64,000 nucleotides of DNA from Carcharhinus amblyrhynchos (GCA_965287045.1 OZ336885.1:61876001-61940000); one strand, 5' to 3'; shown: positions 36,469 through 51,164, counted from the first letter of the stretch. A program made the numbers and translations. Notes: generated by a model not told the origin, from the sequence alone.

Positions 36469-38714
36469 TCGTATTCGTAGGAGACAGAGCTAACTCCACT
36501 GATAGTAGGCAGATCAAGTAAACTTCATTTGTCGATCCGTTTGAGGAATAATATGCGAGAGTATGTTTCCTGTATGACTGAAAGGGTGAGAGTGTAAAAC
36601 TGTTTTGGAAAGTACGTGAGAAAGATTTTGGGCACGCCTGGTTTTGCATTAAGTTATCAAGAAGTACATTATTTTCAATTATCAACAAAGCCCAATGACC
36701 TTTGCCATAATTCTAATGACTCTGCATGTATGTGTTTTTTTTAATGCAATCTCCCTATCAAAAGTGGCAGGAGTAATATCATTAATAATCTGAACGTTAT
36801 ACAACTCAGAATGTCGTCCGATACAATGAAAGCTAATTATCAAAATCTGTGTCTTCTTTAGGCACTGCAGCAACTCAGATAATTTTCATTAACAATGGCT
36901 TCAATATAGCGACCTCCACAACTAGAAATAGCAAGGGCAGCAGTTACATTGGAACATAACAACCTTCAGCAACCCTGCAAGCCGCAAACCAACATGAGTT
37001 TGAGCAATCCCTGTACGATTCTAAGTCCGAATGATAGGAACACTATCCTGAAACAGCAGTTGGGTTTGCTAATTTGGAAAGGCAACAGAGGTTCATGATC
37101 GTCCCTTGCCACAATGTGCTTTCCCAATTAGAAGCATAGTTGATGCAGCATCTCGTGAGACTTTCTTTTAAGCGCACTTTCACACAACAGACGCACAAAC
37201 ACAAAGCGATAGCGACATATGCACGAGCAGGGACATTCGGAAATAGTGCTGATATTTTCAGTAACTGCATAATTTACTTGAACTAATAGAAGTTCTATTC
37301 ACACAAGTTTGACATGTCGAGTGCAAATGCCTTTATCTCAAGGAAGGCACAAATGAAATTAAAATCATATATCACAATGACAAGATTGACACTAAAAAAA
37401 AAAGTGCGAGGCACATGTAAAGCACCAGCAATGCGACTTCATAGTTCAGTTTCACTTTTTGCTAAGGTTGTGCTTTTCTATATCATACATTCCATTAAAC
37501 TTCGATGGAAATGCAGAACTGTGATGCATGTTTGTTTTTATTTACCTGTTCTTGCTTCATTCAAAAGTATTTCTGATGCATAACAAATGGAACTCGGAAT
37601 GAAAGTTGGAAATTTGATTGAGGTTAGCATTTATTAATTACATTTAATTCACAATGTTCGCATAGTACAGAGATTCGGGTGGTAACGAACGCGACTCAAC
37701 AGTGTTGCAGTGGCTTGTCGGCAAAACTTTGTTCTGAGCTGAGCAAACACCAGCTACAGCCAACATGTTTACACGATCCAGAATGAAACTGCTTAACCAA
37801 TCTGTCCTCAATAATATCGAAGGACTGCTGTTCCTCGAATGTGCGGTCCTGATTTCTGTCACGAATTTTACTCATTTTATCTCTATTTTACCCACAAAAA
37901 AATGTCTGCTTTCATCTGACAAACAAAATACTATTTTGCGATTTCGCTCTGCTGCATACATAAATATGATTTGTTATCGAAAGTATTTTAGAGAAATCTG
38001 GGTCCATAAACAATGCACGGATCTTTATGCCAGCTGGAAATTCGAGTCCCCATATTTGCCGGATATCCCCATGATTGAAAAAAAATAAAATGCATCCGAG
38101 AGCTCATTACAGATATTTTACATGTTTAATTATTTCTCCTTAGGCTCTTGCTCCAATTACAAACACAACGTTGCTTTCCATCATGCCATCAAATATCATT
38201 CATTTTAGCTTTTTTGAGCCTTTCAATTGATATGTCTCATCTTATATGATTATGTTTTACCAACAGGCGACGTTAATGTGCTACATTGTAATAAACTGAC
38301 TTACTGCACGAGAATGAATTGCATTTTTTCTGCTCAAGGACACGTTCGTCATTTCGCAACTCCTCGACATATCATCGGCCAAGGTGGTGATTTTTTTTTT
38401 TGATGTCGCCTATCTGAGTTCTGTTGCATTCACAAAGGCATTTGACGTTACGTTGGTACACACAATGTGCCATCTATGTTAATGTAAGAAAATACATTCA
38501 ACGTTTGCTTTTGATTTCCATTTGTATCTTAGATAAGTAATGCATTTCCCCCCGAAGAATCGTATTTTTTTTACTGCCGTTGTATTATGGCGATTATTGT
38601 CCATATTGACACAATATTAATATTGATCTTCGTACTACAATTTTGCAATTAGTACATTCGATGGAAAACAAAATCACTCTTGCACCTGACAAATACTCTG
38701 TTCGTTTCATCCGG

Positions 38715-38930
38715 CACGATGGCTCCCTTGGTAGCATGAATGCTTCAGAAGGCCAGAGATCCAGTTTCAATAGAGGCCCGGGCGAACCCGATGTGGAACT
38801 TAAATAGCCTCCATGAGCCTGCATGAGTTTCCTCAAATTGCTGTGATTTCCTTCCACTGTTAAATGATAAATAGGTGATGTGATGTTGTCTTTGAAGACT
38901 CAATGGGCCAGCTGGCCTATATCTCACTTC
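38715..38930 (+). mobile_element. Degenerate tRNA-derived SINE
   Basis: ggcacgatggctcccttggtagcatgaatgcttcaga...ccagtttcaat...gcatgagtttcctc. Confidence 0.55.
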
Positions 38931-40984
38931 AGGGATTCTCTGAAAGGCAATATCAAATTATACGTTTTTGCGACCTGTTCTTATTTCTGTACTTTAAGGG
39001 TATTCATTTAATACCACAGTTTCAAGGATCGTCACTTGCAGTGAATAAAAGGTGGTGTTTATATGTATTTATTTTTTTCCGTGGGGTAAAATAAATTGTT
39101 TCAAATGACCAGTTCGTGGAAAAAAAATATATGCTGCATTTATGCCAGGGGCAACATCAGCAGATCTGAACAAAACACGATTATGGAACGTATCATGGAC
39201 TGGCGCCTTTACTTGAAACAGAAACATATATTTCGAGGGCATAGCGCAAAATATTCATCAATCACCTCTATATAAGCAGTCCACTACCACAAAAATGGAC
39301 TAACGCACGTATGCAATACGGATTGATTGCCTTATTGGCAAAAGCGTCAGCAACACTTTTAGCGACAGAGCTTCAACAATACTCTTGCTGGGCAGAAACT
39401 AAAACGTTGTCAGAAACACACTCAAAATCGAATGTCCACGCGCACCCCACACAGATTTGAAAGTATCTTGACTGGTTCCCATTATCACTAAAGTAAATCC
39501 ATGTAACACCACTCCAATTATGCGTTGCGTCCATTAAATTGCCTAAGAGCCTTGTTGGTTAAAAGACAACTAACATCCTTTTTTTTTGGGGGGGGGCGGA
39601 ATTGCGAAAGCCTAAGGATGCTGGCAATGTTTAGGATGTTGTCACCAAGTAAATCAATAACAAGCATGTTCTCAATGAATTCAAACATGCCCTCCTAACA
39701 CGGCAGCTTCGGATGCACGCAGAATAATACCTTTTTGAGGATTTTATTGCCTCGAGGGAAACAGAATGGACACTACCGATGAGTCTATTTCTACACATCT
39801 ATATCAATTGACTGGATTTTGATTTGACAACAGCACTATTTAGGTTCAACAACTTCACTTTAAACCTAATTAATACATTGGCATGAAGTGTTCCAGTTGC
39901 CTGGAATCTCATTGATCGAATTGTTTTCGACTACTCACTGAAACCTTTCGCAGAATCGTCCAAACCTAGTTGCAAGAACGAAGTGCAATAAACAGTGAAT
40001 CCAGTGGTGATAATCATATTCAAAACATGAATTATGGCAACGCACACGTAGCATCAAAGTTCATATTTTCAGATTCATGAATCCAAGCTGAAAGGTACAA
40101 ATAGGCGCTTAATAATTTTTACAACAGTCTAAAGAGCACTGAAGTTTCAAGGTTCAATGAACGTCAGTTTTCGTGGGAAATGTAAATTAGAGAGCAACAT
40201 TTGAGGACAGGATCATTAGGAATGTGATTAGCATTTTATTTTTGTCACATAATACAAACTCGGTTGGAAGAATCAATTCAAAAAAGCCTGTAATATTGAG
40301 AGGGGCAATTTGTGTAGATAAATAAATAAAAGAAACGGCAAAAGACACGGGGGGCGAGGGTGGGGGAGGGGGGCGGGGGGGGGCGGGGGGGGGGTGTGGA
40401 TGGGGGTGTGTGGGCAGGTTGTGGTTGCGGTTTGGTGGAGTAGAGCCCCGTGATGCTTTGAACCGTGAAGCACTGTGGAAGGACGCATTTCATACTATTT
40501 AATCGTCGCCACAAACTTATACCACTCTGACGAATTATTTGTGCCTTATTAAAATACGGTTCAAATGTTTTCGTTACCTCTCTGGTACGCACGTTGCTTC
40601 TCCTCTATAAGGACCAGATTAAGTTTATATTGTAACTAAAAGCAACGAGCAGCTGAATCAGTGATGGGTATTCGGTCCAAAATATCCTCCGGCAAAACCG
40701 CGAAAATAATTGCGTTACTCATTTTTGCAGCCCGCAAAAAATGATTAAATTTCAAACAAATGCTCAATTTCCCTTTGTGGGGTTTAAATGTGAAATTATT
40801 AACTTCGCCATGTAGGTTAGTGAATGGAGGATTGTAACATATTCACCATTAAAACCCTCACATATAACACATTTGTTATAAATTTAACAAGAAGGTATGT
40901 TTTATTCAGTACGGCTTCTGCTGGAAAGAAGTACTTAATCAGCATTTATCTTACCGCCTGTAGCTATATCAAGAGAAAAGTACT

Positions 40985-43420
40985 AGTGTAGACGAATGTA
41001 AATTTATTTAAGTTAGGATGAGAGGAATTCATAATGGGCAAAAGACAATGGCAGACCAACTGAGCAAGTACATTTGATCTGTCTTCACGAAGGAGGACGC
41101 GGATAGACTTGCAGAATTACGAGAGGACAGAGGATCCAGCATGATTGAGGAACTCAGGAAATTCTTTCGAGAAATTGCTCTGTTGAAAATCCAATAACTC
41201 CAGGGGCCTGATGATCGCTATCCCATAGCCCTTAAGGAAGTTGAACCTAAAATAGTGAACACGTTTGTGATTACTTTTCAGCATTTATTACGATCTGGAA
41301 GAGATTCAGTGGGTAGGAGAACAGCAAATATAACTCCACGTTTAGAATAAAATAACAGGCGAGTGAACGAAATCTATCATAGATAGTTTAGCCTTGACAT
41401 TGGTGGTGAGGAAAATGCTGGACTCAATTGTGAGGAATGTAAGAAATGAACATTTTGAAACCTGTGTTAGGATCGAAACACGTCAGCATGGATTCGATAA
41501 AGTGAATGGTGCTTGTTAAATTTGATAGATTTGTTTGAAGATGTGACCAGAAGAATTGACAAAGGTGAACTAGTGAATGTTGTGCACCTGAACTGTCAAA
41601 GGGTTTTTGCAAGTCCCACATGTTAGATTGAGAATAAATAATGCATATAATGGAGCTAACAAGGACGAATCAGTGTATGTTGTGTACGTGGGCTTCTAAA
41701 CATCTTTTGAGAAAATTCAACAGAATTGAGCACAACTCAAACACATGATTTTGGGGGTAATGCATTGACATGGACAGAGAACTGCTTACCAGATGGGACG
41801 GTCCGTGATTAGTGTGGAATCACAGGACTCAGTGCTGCCACCTCAGCCATTTAGAATATACACTAATGACTTTCACGAATAAAAAATGAATGCCATATCT
41901 CTAAGTTTACATACAACAGTAAACTCGGTGGCAGTGTATGATGTGAGGAGGATGTGACAATGTTGCAGGGTGACTTGGACAGGCTTTCTGAGTGGGAAAC
42001 TGCACGGCAAATGCAATATAAAGTGGATAAATGTGAGGCAATACACTTTGGTGGCAAATACATGAAGGATATTATCTGAACAGTGGCAGTTTTGCAAAAT
42101 GGAAACTGCAACCAGACCTATGTCTTATTGTGAAACAATCGATGGCGGTTAACATGCGGGTACCGCAGACAGCGAGGAAAGCTAATGGCATGTTGACATT
42201 CATAGCAAGAGGATTTATGCATAGAAGTAAGGATGTCTTGCTGCGGTTATGCAAGGACATTGTGATGTCACAGCTTCAGTGTGCAGTTTATGTCTCGTCG
42301 TCTGATGAAGTACTCCAACAAGGTTCACCAGACTGATTTTGTGATTGGCCGAAAGAACATATGAAGAAAAATCATCTGGAATTGTACATGTTAGAATTCA
42401 GAAAAAAAAGAAAGGATCTCATGGAGACAAATAAAACATTACAAGCATCTAAACTCCTAGTGTATAAAGTTCATCTCGTCTCCGATATTTGGCTGAGTTC
42501 GCTCCCAACAGATTCTGTTAGACAAAGAACAAAGAACAAAATCAGCCTGGGAAACAGGCCCTTCGGCCCAACGAGCCCACGCTGCCATCTCAACTCCACC
42601 TCTCTACCCATGACCCCTATCTCATGTTTTATGGCCATCCAGATTGAGGGAAAACTAATTTAGGGACAATTTATTCCTGCCAATCAGCCGAACAGCACAT
42701 CTTTGGGGTGTGGGAGGAAACCAGAGCACCAGGAGAAAACCCACGCAAGCACGGGGAGAATGCGCAAACTCCCACAGACACCAGCCCAAATCCATGTGTC
42801 TGCACAGCAATCAGCGATAGTCACTGACCTGTCGTCTTGCCCAGTATCTTGTCCAGTTTAGGCACACACTAACGACATGAAGCACTACGCCAATCTCGAA
42901 CAACCAAGAGCAGCCCCAGTACGACCCATCGCGTGTATGCCCCTCGTTGGACACGAGGTGGACCGACTTCAAACCCGTGAGCATCACGCCTGCTGAGATT
43001 TTCCAGCGTTTTCCGTTTTTGTTTCCGATTTAAACATTGACAACATTTTGCTTTTATCTGAATGGGACTAAGCAGGTCTGATACAGGAAGGATGTTCCTG
43101 ACATTTTGGTACTGCCGAACTAGCGGCCACAGTCTCAGAATAAAGAGTAAGCCATTCAGAACGGTGATGAGGAAACACTTCTTCACTCATTGTATTGTAA
43201 ACCAGCGGAATTATCTAACGCAGAACACTGCTGTGGTCAGTTCTTTCGATATGATCAAGGCGGAGCTGCACGTGGCCATTATGATTAAAGGGTTCAAGGT
43301 GTATGGAGAGAAAACGTGAGAGGGGCATTGAAAATGCATGATTAACCATGATCGTGTTGAATGTTTGTGCACGCTCGAATGCTAGAATGGTCTACGCCTG
43401 CACGTATTTTTTTGTTTTTT
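40985..43420 (+). mobile_element. Old CR1 LINE (RT to 3' end), interrupted at ~42450-43040
   Basis: RKANGMLTFIARGFMHRSKDVLLRL; SGHSLRIKSKPFRTVMRKHFFTHCIVN. Confidence 0.88.
42522..42980 (-). mobile_element. V-type SINE with extended structured 5' leader, copy 1
   Basis: (GAACAAA)n tail, V core ggaggaaaccagagcaccaggagaaaacccacgcaagcacggggagaatg; collinear with 52672-53138. Confidence 0.9.
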
Positions 43421-44234
43421 TTTTACGTTTCTATCAAAGTGGTCATAACATTTACGGTCGTAAATACTGAAAAAAAAAATGAACAGTCCATTTTTTTTAA
43501 TCTCCACCGATGGAGAATATCAAGCACATGCAGGTCGCGGACATACTTTTGCTGCAACTCGCAGGTCACAGTTTATGTTTTACATGAGTATAGTAAAAAA
43601 GAAAGATTGCAGCAATTTGATTCATTTTTATCTTAGCAAACATTAAACATTGACGGAGATGTTCAGGAAAAAATACAAATGTCGACATGCGCAGTACCAC
43701 CTCTAAATTCGTCCGCTCTCAATGATAAAACAAGTATATACCAAAATGGACAGTGGAGATTTTTTTTTCCATGGCGTGAATCAGATTGCATTTATTCAGT
43801 TTCGATGCAGGCAAATTAACACGATAAACCTATTGTTGCCACAAACATATAGTTAGCTTACAGATTGCTGTAATACTTCAGCAAAAAAAGTTCGAAGCGT
43901 GCTGCCTATATTGAGATGTGAAAATTTCACCGAACATTTGAGGTGTAAAAATTTCATGAAACAATTTAGCTCTTGAAGTTAGTCTTAAAAAGGCATAGGA
44001 TAACGGTTGTTGAACTGATAAGCATATGCAACCGTATGGACTAAGTATGACACATGTTTATTGGTTCTGTTAGACAGACCACTTGTGACATCTTCTGCTT
44101 ATGTTTAGAGGAATACGATTTTGAAAAAGAAAAAAAAACGCCTATTTTAAACAATAGATCATTATTGTAATTAACACATCTATGGATGAGGTCTGGTAAT
44201 TTACGTATTAATGTTGTTGCCAACTTGCTACCAA

Positions 44235-44545
44235 CGTGACTATTTCCTCGGATGGGTGTAGCTGTTACTAAGGGACACAACTATAAGGTTCGTGGTAGGT
44301 AATATCGAAGGGATGTCCGAGGTGGATTCTTCGCTCAGAGAGTGGCTGGATGAGAAATGCACTGCCTGCTGTGATAATGGAGCCTGACACTTTAGGAACT
44401 TTCAAACGGTTATTTGATAGGCATATGGAGCACACCAGAATGATAGGGAGTGGAATAGCTTGATCGTGGTGTTAGACACAGCTCGGCGCAACATTGTGGG
44501 CCGAAGGTCTGTACTGCGCTGTACTGTTCCATTCCCTATGTACCA
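44235..44545 (+). mobile_element. CR1 3' end fragment
   Basis: ttactaagggacacaactataagg...ttcttcgctcagagagtgg...gggccgaaggtctgtactgcgctgta tail. Confidence 0.85.
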
Positions 44546-44551
44546 TTTCCT

Positions 44552-44862
44552 ATGCACAGCCTCAAGATAAGGGAGGGCAGTTTAGATCGGAGTTGAGGAG
44601 GAACTTCTTCACTCAAAGGGTGGTGAATCTCTGGAATTCTCTGCCCGTTGAAGTGGTGGAGGCTACCTCGCTAAATACATTTAAGTCACGAGTAGGTAGG
44701 CTTTTTGATAGACAATGGAATTAAGGGTTATGGGGAGAAAGCGGAAAAGTGGAACTGATCCACTTCAGATCAGGCATGATCTTATTGAGTAGCGGAGCAG
44801 GCTCGAAGGGCTGGATGGCCTACTCCTGCTGCGATTTCTTATGTTGTTATGTTCTATGTTCG
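44552..44862 (+). mobile_element. CR1 3' end fragment, related to the 10266/58325 family
   Basis: GGQFRSELRRNFFTQRVVNLWNSLPVEVVEA; ttcttatgttgttatgttctatg tail. Confidence 0.92.
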
Positions 44863-46419
44863 AACATACTTTCTGTTGACATGTTTGCAAATTGCTTCTT
44901 CCGATTCCATTGTGACAGAGTGAATAAATTCGTACCAAATTATTTCGCCATGTCCTAAGCGTACGGAATTGCAGAAGGTGACCTGGAATATTATGATGAC
45001 TTGACTCCATGATTTCCTCTGCCGTAACTGTTGGAGTGCAATTAACCTCGTGACATCAGCAAAAAGCGGATGCAGTGGACAGTGTGTGGTGAGTCCTGCC
45101 AAGTTCTCTCAATATTTGAATGAACCATATAGCTCACGTAGTTTGAGAATTGTAATGACATCCTTTGAGTCATTCCTGCGGTGGTGAATTTGAACGAATT
45201 AATGTAAACGCAGAAAGGTTTGATCAAGCTGGATTCGGCGGCAAGACTTGCTTGGAGACTTGCGGGAGAACAGATGCATTGATGAAAAGGCAGACAAAAG
45301 CAGGGGTGGCGTGCCGTTGTTGGTAGTGAGACATTCAAACAGGCGATGTCATGTCATGGCGTGAAACTAAGTTGGATGGGTTAAGTTTTGTTTACTGAAT
45401 TAAGCATCAACAGCAACAAAGGCTGCAGCCCAAGTTTCTGTCCTTACAGTTCCACGTCTTTATTCCATTCGAGCAAATGCTTATACGTGATCTGTGCGTA
45501 TGCTCAAACTTTGAGATTCTTTTTTTACTGCACGTGATAAGGTAATATTGGCTTTCATTTATCAACAAACTATTGCATCTCCCTCCAGTCATCATATCTG
45601 TTGAAACCATTAAGTGTGCGAAACGGATGAATTGCAAATTCAGCAGCTCATTCTGGGAAATGATTTTACAAAGTTCCGATTATATCGCGAAGGCAATCCA
45701 AACTCAACTGTATTAACTAAATAGGAAATTATAACCTCGCGGCACAGTATGCTGTTTTATTCTCACCTGCATCAATCAGAGAATGTTTGAGTGCGAGAAT
45801 TTCTGGAAAGTAAGACGCAAATATCGATTGATGGTAAATTTTCTATTCAGATACTCTTCGTGATTTTTATGTCACTTTTTGGGTGTGAACCATGTTTCAT
45901 CCCCGAGCAAAGGGAGGTCCGTTCATGAATATTGTAGTTTCGTGACCCACGCGTGCCTTGAACGCATAAAATGTCAAAAGAGTTTGTGTTGTGGAATGTA
46001 TTTCCGTCTTCAGGACAGCGTGAATAAACTTAGCCCAGAACTGCACTCAATACTTCGTGGCATGTTTAACAAAGCTTCAAATTCTGAGGAAACAATGCCA
46101 CTGTTCTGTCTATTTGTTGCTTAATGAACATAAAGTGTGCCAATTTCCTAAAGGTCACTTTCCATTTGGAATTCGTTCCTTTGGTTTTGTCCATGTCTAT
46201 GTTGTATCTGCCCTTCACCACATTTAGTGCCTTTTTATATTGGGCATTGAATTACTTCGCATATTTTCTTACTTTTAGCAGTAACAATGTATTCATATTT
46301 ATACTCTGGAAAACTGTGATTTTCGTTTACAAATGTTGCATTCCCTTAAGCAATGTGAATGCCAAATAAGAAAATAACCTTCCATGCCTACTGAAAGTAT
46401 TTCCATTTTCAGTAAGCCA

Positions 46420-46543
46420 TCTATTAGGCATATGGATAACATTGGAATAGTTTAGGTTAGAGGGTCATTAGATTGGTTCCACTGGTCGGCGCAACATCGA
46501 GGGCCGAAGGGCCTGCACTGCGCTGTAATGTTCTATGTTCTAC
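46420..46543 (+). mobile_element. Short CR1 3' tail
   Basis: ggtcggcgcaacatcgagggccgaagggcctgcactgcgctgtaatgttctatgttcta. Confidence 0.8.
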
Positions 46544-47400
46544 GTCAGATTTTCATCTTAGATTAATCTCCCCAAAATCGTCCGAAGAGAAGAATGCTGC
46601 CGCCTAAATATATTAGTATATACCTTCAGATTTTCTACACAGGTGCCTTTCCACGAAGGCTGCAGACCCTCGCTGCTTTAAATTCAGTTAGATCATCACA
46701 GTTTCGGTCAGAACAGGTGTGGCAGATTCACTCCACTTATGTTTACGCGCTGTCGTCAGATAGCGTGCGTACGTTTAACCAATGGTAGCTGAAGTCAATT
46801 GTTTGGATTCACAAAATGTGACAAATAAAGGACAATGTATATCTTTATTAAAGGTGTGTTTTTTTTTCTTTTTGTTTCTGTTTGGATTCATTCCACTCAC
46901 ATTAAATATTGAAGGAATTTCAAGATCGAATGAAGTGCACACATGCAAACAAATTGCAGTTTTAAATCATGCAGAATAAACCAATGTTACAATATCTGGT
47001 TCAATGTTCAACATAAGACTCTTCACTTTGGTTCTAACTGATGGCGAGGAACAAGGCCAAACTGAATTGTGCCAAAAGAGCCGATTAGAAATACATCTTC
47101 TAAGTGTCTATTCCAACAGATGTAACATTTACCCTGGTCTTTAGTCAACTGTGAGTTCACTGCAAACACACAAATTGTTATTCGCTCAATCATTTCTTAC
47201 GGGTAGTTGCAGGAATTTCTTATAGTGTATGTTCTTACTCAGCAAACCTAACAACTTTAAAGTCGCTCAGAGTTCAGTGCAACTTTTTTTGTCAGTGGCG
47301 AGAAGTCTTCTGGCATTAAGTCAGAGACTCCACATTTCTGAAGATTAATGAACCAGATAGTCGAAGGATTCGTGATACCTCCAGCACTTCTGCTGGCACA

Positions 47401-48835
47401 GAGTAGTCGATTAACTCACACCCGGACCCCTAGGCTGAGCTTCAGTAAGGCCCCCTGACCTTGCCGTCTAGCCCCTGCCCCACGCTTCGTTGAATAGAAT
47501 GACGTGACATGACGTTAAGTGACGTTAGATAACTTATATCGTTGTACTATGTATAATGTACTACATGTATAATATCACAAACTTATATGTTTCAATTGCA
47601 GCCCTTTTATTCATTCATTTTTCATTTTCTTTACATTTGTCATCTTCTTTAAAAGGCTGCCTTTTTATTGGTTTACAGAAGTGTCGATAACAGCATGTAA
47701 ATCAACAGATCGAAGCATGTCTGATTCAATGCGCATGATTGCCAAATCACTAAGTTTCTCATCGTTCATTGTTGAGAGTAAATAGACTGTGGACCTCTTC
47801 AGTGCCGAAAATGAACCCTCACCTGAACAATTAGTGATCTTTAAGAAGAGATACATTCTAAAACAAACACATGTATTTGGATACACCTCGTGCAGTCGAT
47901 CTCTTGCAGAGCCCGATTAATCCCAGTGACAATGACATCATAATGGGATTGTCCTTGAATGTGTATCTGAAAGTGTATGAGCTCTTCTACAAACACCAAG
48001 TCAAAGTCGTCCGGACAACGTTGCATGATGATATTCGCTGCCTTTTTAAGTCCGCCAATATCAATATTGCAAATACGAGAAAGAAATCTAAAACGGTTGG
48101 AAACAAATCTATATGCTTCAGTGCGGTTTTTTTTTTAGCTCTTCTGATAATTTGTCTAAATCGAAAAGTACACATTAATCTTGAAACTCTGGTGAGGTGA
48201 AAAACCTGTTTCCTGTGCTTTGCAGTCATGCCGTGCCGTCCTGGCACTAACTTTTTTGCTTCCTTTGAGTTTCGCCATTGTAAACTGATGCCCCGGTCAA
48301 CAATGGTGGCGCGCAAACGAAAGCACGTTTTGACGTTTGCACATTCGGTAAATGCGCTCCGTAACAGTTTTGATGATGGATTATGCAGTGATGATAGTGG
48401 GAGTGATTTAGATGCCGAGGATTTTGATGTTGACATTGGTGAATTATCAGATGATGATCGTGAATTTGATGATACATTGATAGCACCAGAGGCAGTGGTG
48501 ACATCTATCGTGTTGTGGTGTGGGACTAATGCTATGTAAGGGTAAATGTTGAAAAAAGTATTATATGCAACTAAGTATGCACTAAAATACGTATGTATCC
48601 ATGTTACAGCATGCCAATAAACTGTTGTATTTATTTTGTATATATTTGCATGCAGTGCAAGTCTGTGGGTAAGCTCCTCTAATTATAGGTATTTGTTATA
48701 TTAATTCACCCACGGGGTATAGTTCTGAAAATTTATTCAACTTAAAATGGTTAAACCTTTTTTTTGCTCTCGGGCCCCTCTCCCTCTGGGCACTTAGGTT
48801 TAAGCATACCAAGCCTAATGGTTAATCCGCCACTG
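47401..48835 (-). mobile_element. Internally deleted hAT DNA transposon
   Basis: hAT dimerisation domain YPNTCVCFRMYLFLKITNCSGEGSFSALKR...STMNDEKLSDLAIMRIES (47665-47886); TIRs GAGTAGTCGATTAAC / CAGTGGCGGATTAAC (11/15); 8-bp TSD candidates ctggcaca / cttgcaga (6/8). Confidence 0.88.
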
Positions 48836-51164
48836 CTTGCAGAGCGTTGTAAAGTCTCTTTTTTTTTAAAAAAAATATATGTTTCTGAATATATTGCAAT
48901 ACACACGGCATCCATCCCACATCTTCTTCTGTTGTTGTTGATATTCAGTCACTATCACGAAAGCAGATACTACTCACGAGCGAATTGTATTTATTTTCAA
49001 CATGTATTTGGGTGTTACGATGGTAAAGAAACTGGGAAGCAATATTTGTCTCTGGATGTGTTCGTTCCCTGGCAATTTAGTCAAGAATATGCCAATGAAT
49101 CTGCCTTCCATTGGATAATGGGACCTGTATGTATATCGTGAAGGTTAATGTCAGTCTTTCGGCTTAGTGCCTGGAAACTCGCATCGTAACTTCAATTCAA
49201 CCAACCAGCCCACAATATTGCAAAACACGGCAACAAGCTACAATGAGTAGTCGGGCCTATTTGGCTCACATATGCTGGTTATTATCCTCCAATGAGAACA
49301 ATAACATTTTCTCTTCACAGGCAGTGTCAAGAAGACAAGTATGCTAGCTTCACTTGGAAGATTTTGATTATAATTACATTGGCATCGATAGCAGGATGCA
49401 TGGATAATTCATGCACTTTGAGAGGAAAATATTGTGCTAAATTTCTATTACACTTAGAAATACAGTACTTCTTGAAAATAGACGAATTGTCTGCGCCTCG
49501 GGCCACTGCAGAACGAACACAAGAAAGAGATTTGCTTTTATTGAAATTTCCCAAGGAGCAATACAGCCGCATAGGGCATGAAGTATTAGTGCAAGATTGA
49601 TTGCAGCTCATCTTGAACCTTTTCCTTCGCCTACTCTTTGTCACATTCAATCCGGGAACAGACAATGCTTCAGGGCCGAAGTGCACAATGTAAGTATTTC
49701 GGTACCACACTGTATTTCACCAGAATATCAAGTCACCGTTGCGGTTGACAAACTAAATGTTGTGGCACCCAGTTTTCTGAAATGGCAGTATGCACATCAA
49801 ATTGCCATCAATTGCGGTTCGCAGTCATTATCTGATTGTGTTCCAGCTATCTGACAGGAGATAATGTCGTGGAATGCTGAGACTTATTTTATTTCTTGCT
49901 GCAGGCAGTCAAAAAATGGGGAGATAGAAAACAATATGTCTCAGTCTCTGTTTTTGGCTTGCACATTGTGCTATGGACTAATCAAAAGAGCATTTCGAAA
50001 GTACGTTTACCTACCCAGAGTATCGAATACAATGTTCAAATCTAAACGAGTAATTATACCAAAAAAATGTTTTAAGTTAGTTGTCATGTAACATTTGCTT
50101 CATTTCACCCAAGAGAATCTGCTCAGCTTATCAAACATTTCCCACCACTGCTAATTATTGCGAATTTCCACGTAACATGTGTTTAATCCTGATGTGATCC
50201 TGAAACAACTGCCTGTTGCTCTACGACAATAGTTTATTAGGCTAACCTTTACACGATCTCCGTTAATGTGTGCATTAAGCAGGATTGATTCTACAACGAG
50301 TTCTTTGGTTGACTTGTCATCCATCAATACGCAAAACTCATTTGAAGCGATAGTAGAGAATGCGCATGACAGAATACAACGTTCAAATTTTAGCTTGGTG
50401 CTTCATTGCGTGCTTAATGGATTGCTCAGATACCCTTGTAGTGCTCTGTCTTTACTTCCACCCCCTACATCGCACAAATCCAGATAAAACATTTGAAACA
50501 TTTGCATCCAAATAGGAATTGCATCTTCTTATAATTATTTTCCTTGACAAACCACAAAAAAGTTATGCCAAGAGAAGCTAAATTATACAATGCACGTACC
50601 GACGGCTTTAGTATCGTTCAAATATGCATGCTCTACCCAATTGGAAATACATACTATACGATGTGCGGAACTAAGACGATTAAAGTAATAACCAAAATTA
50701 AGTTTACATGCGCACCCGCATTTTCACTTTTTTTTACTTCAGAAGCCGTCTCTGAGAGAGGCAACAACCAAAACAGAGAGGGGAGAGACAAAACACAAAT
50801 GTGCAACAGTTGCGATTTGCCCTGCCTTCAAAATATATTCATCATGATGAGCCTATATGCATATACACATATATATATAGAAGGTATATCTTGAAATGTA
50901 TAATGTTTTTGCGAATAAAGTACTCGAGGTCATTTAATATTGTGTGTTGCTCTATTGCCCTGGATGTTAAGGGGCAGAGAGTGTTGGATCACGAGTAACG
51001 ATCGGCTGAAAGCATCAGGAACCTTGGAGGACAGGAACTACAAGAGGTGCGGTAATGGATGCAAATTAAGAGAGCATCGTGGCATCGTGAAAGTATGAAC
51101 AACCACAAAAAAAAGCTCCAGTTCAGTAAAGGGAAATCACTTAAATCTCTCTCTCTCTCTTGCC

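Noticed and set aside
35783-36688. 301-aa ORF
   Set aside because: Artefact of reading through the N gap; only the CR1 part is real
40345-40415. G-quadruplex-like G-run cluster (also ~21080-21135)
   Set aside because: Similar G/C runs are scattered across the window as low-complexity sequence, with no functional context
40430-40480. V(D)J recombination signal (cactgtg heptamer)
   Set aside because: No nonamer at 12 or 23 bp and no Ig/TCR segment nearby
48228-48539. Acidic plus-strand ORF resembling a transposase or nuclear-protein N-terminus
   Set aside because: Lies inside the hAT element; best explained as the antisense shadow of a Ser-rich minus-strand segment
49292-49600. Possible host exon after the ttttctcttcacag acceptor
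   Set aside because: No recognisable protein similarity, donor site or partner exons; cannot be supported without expression data
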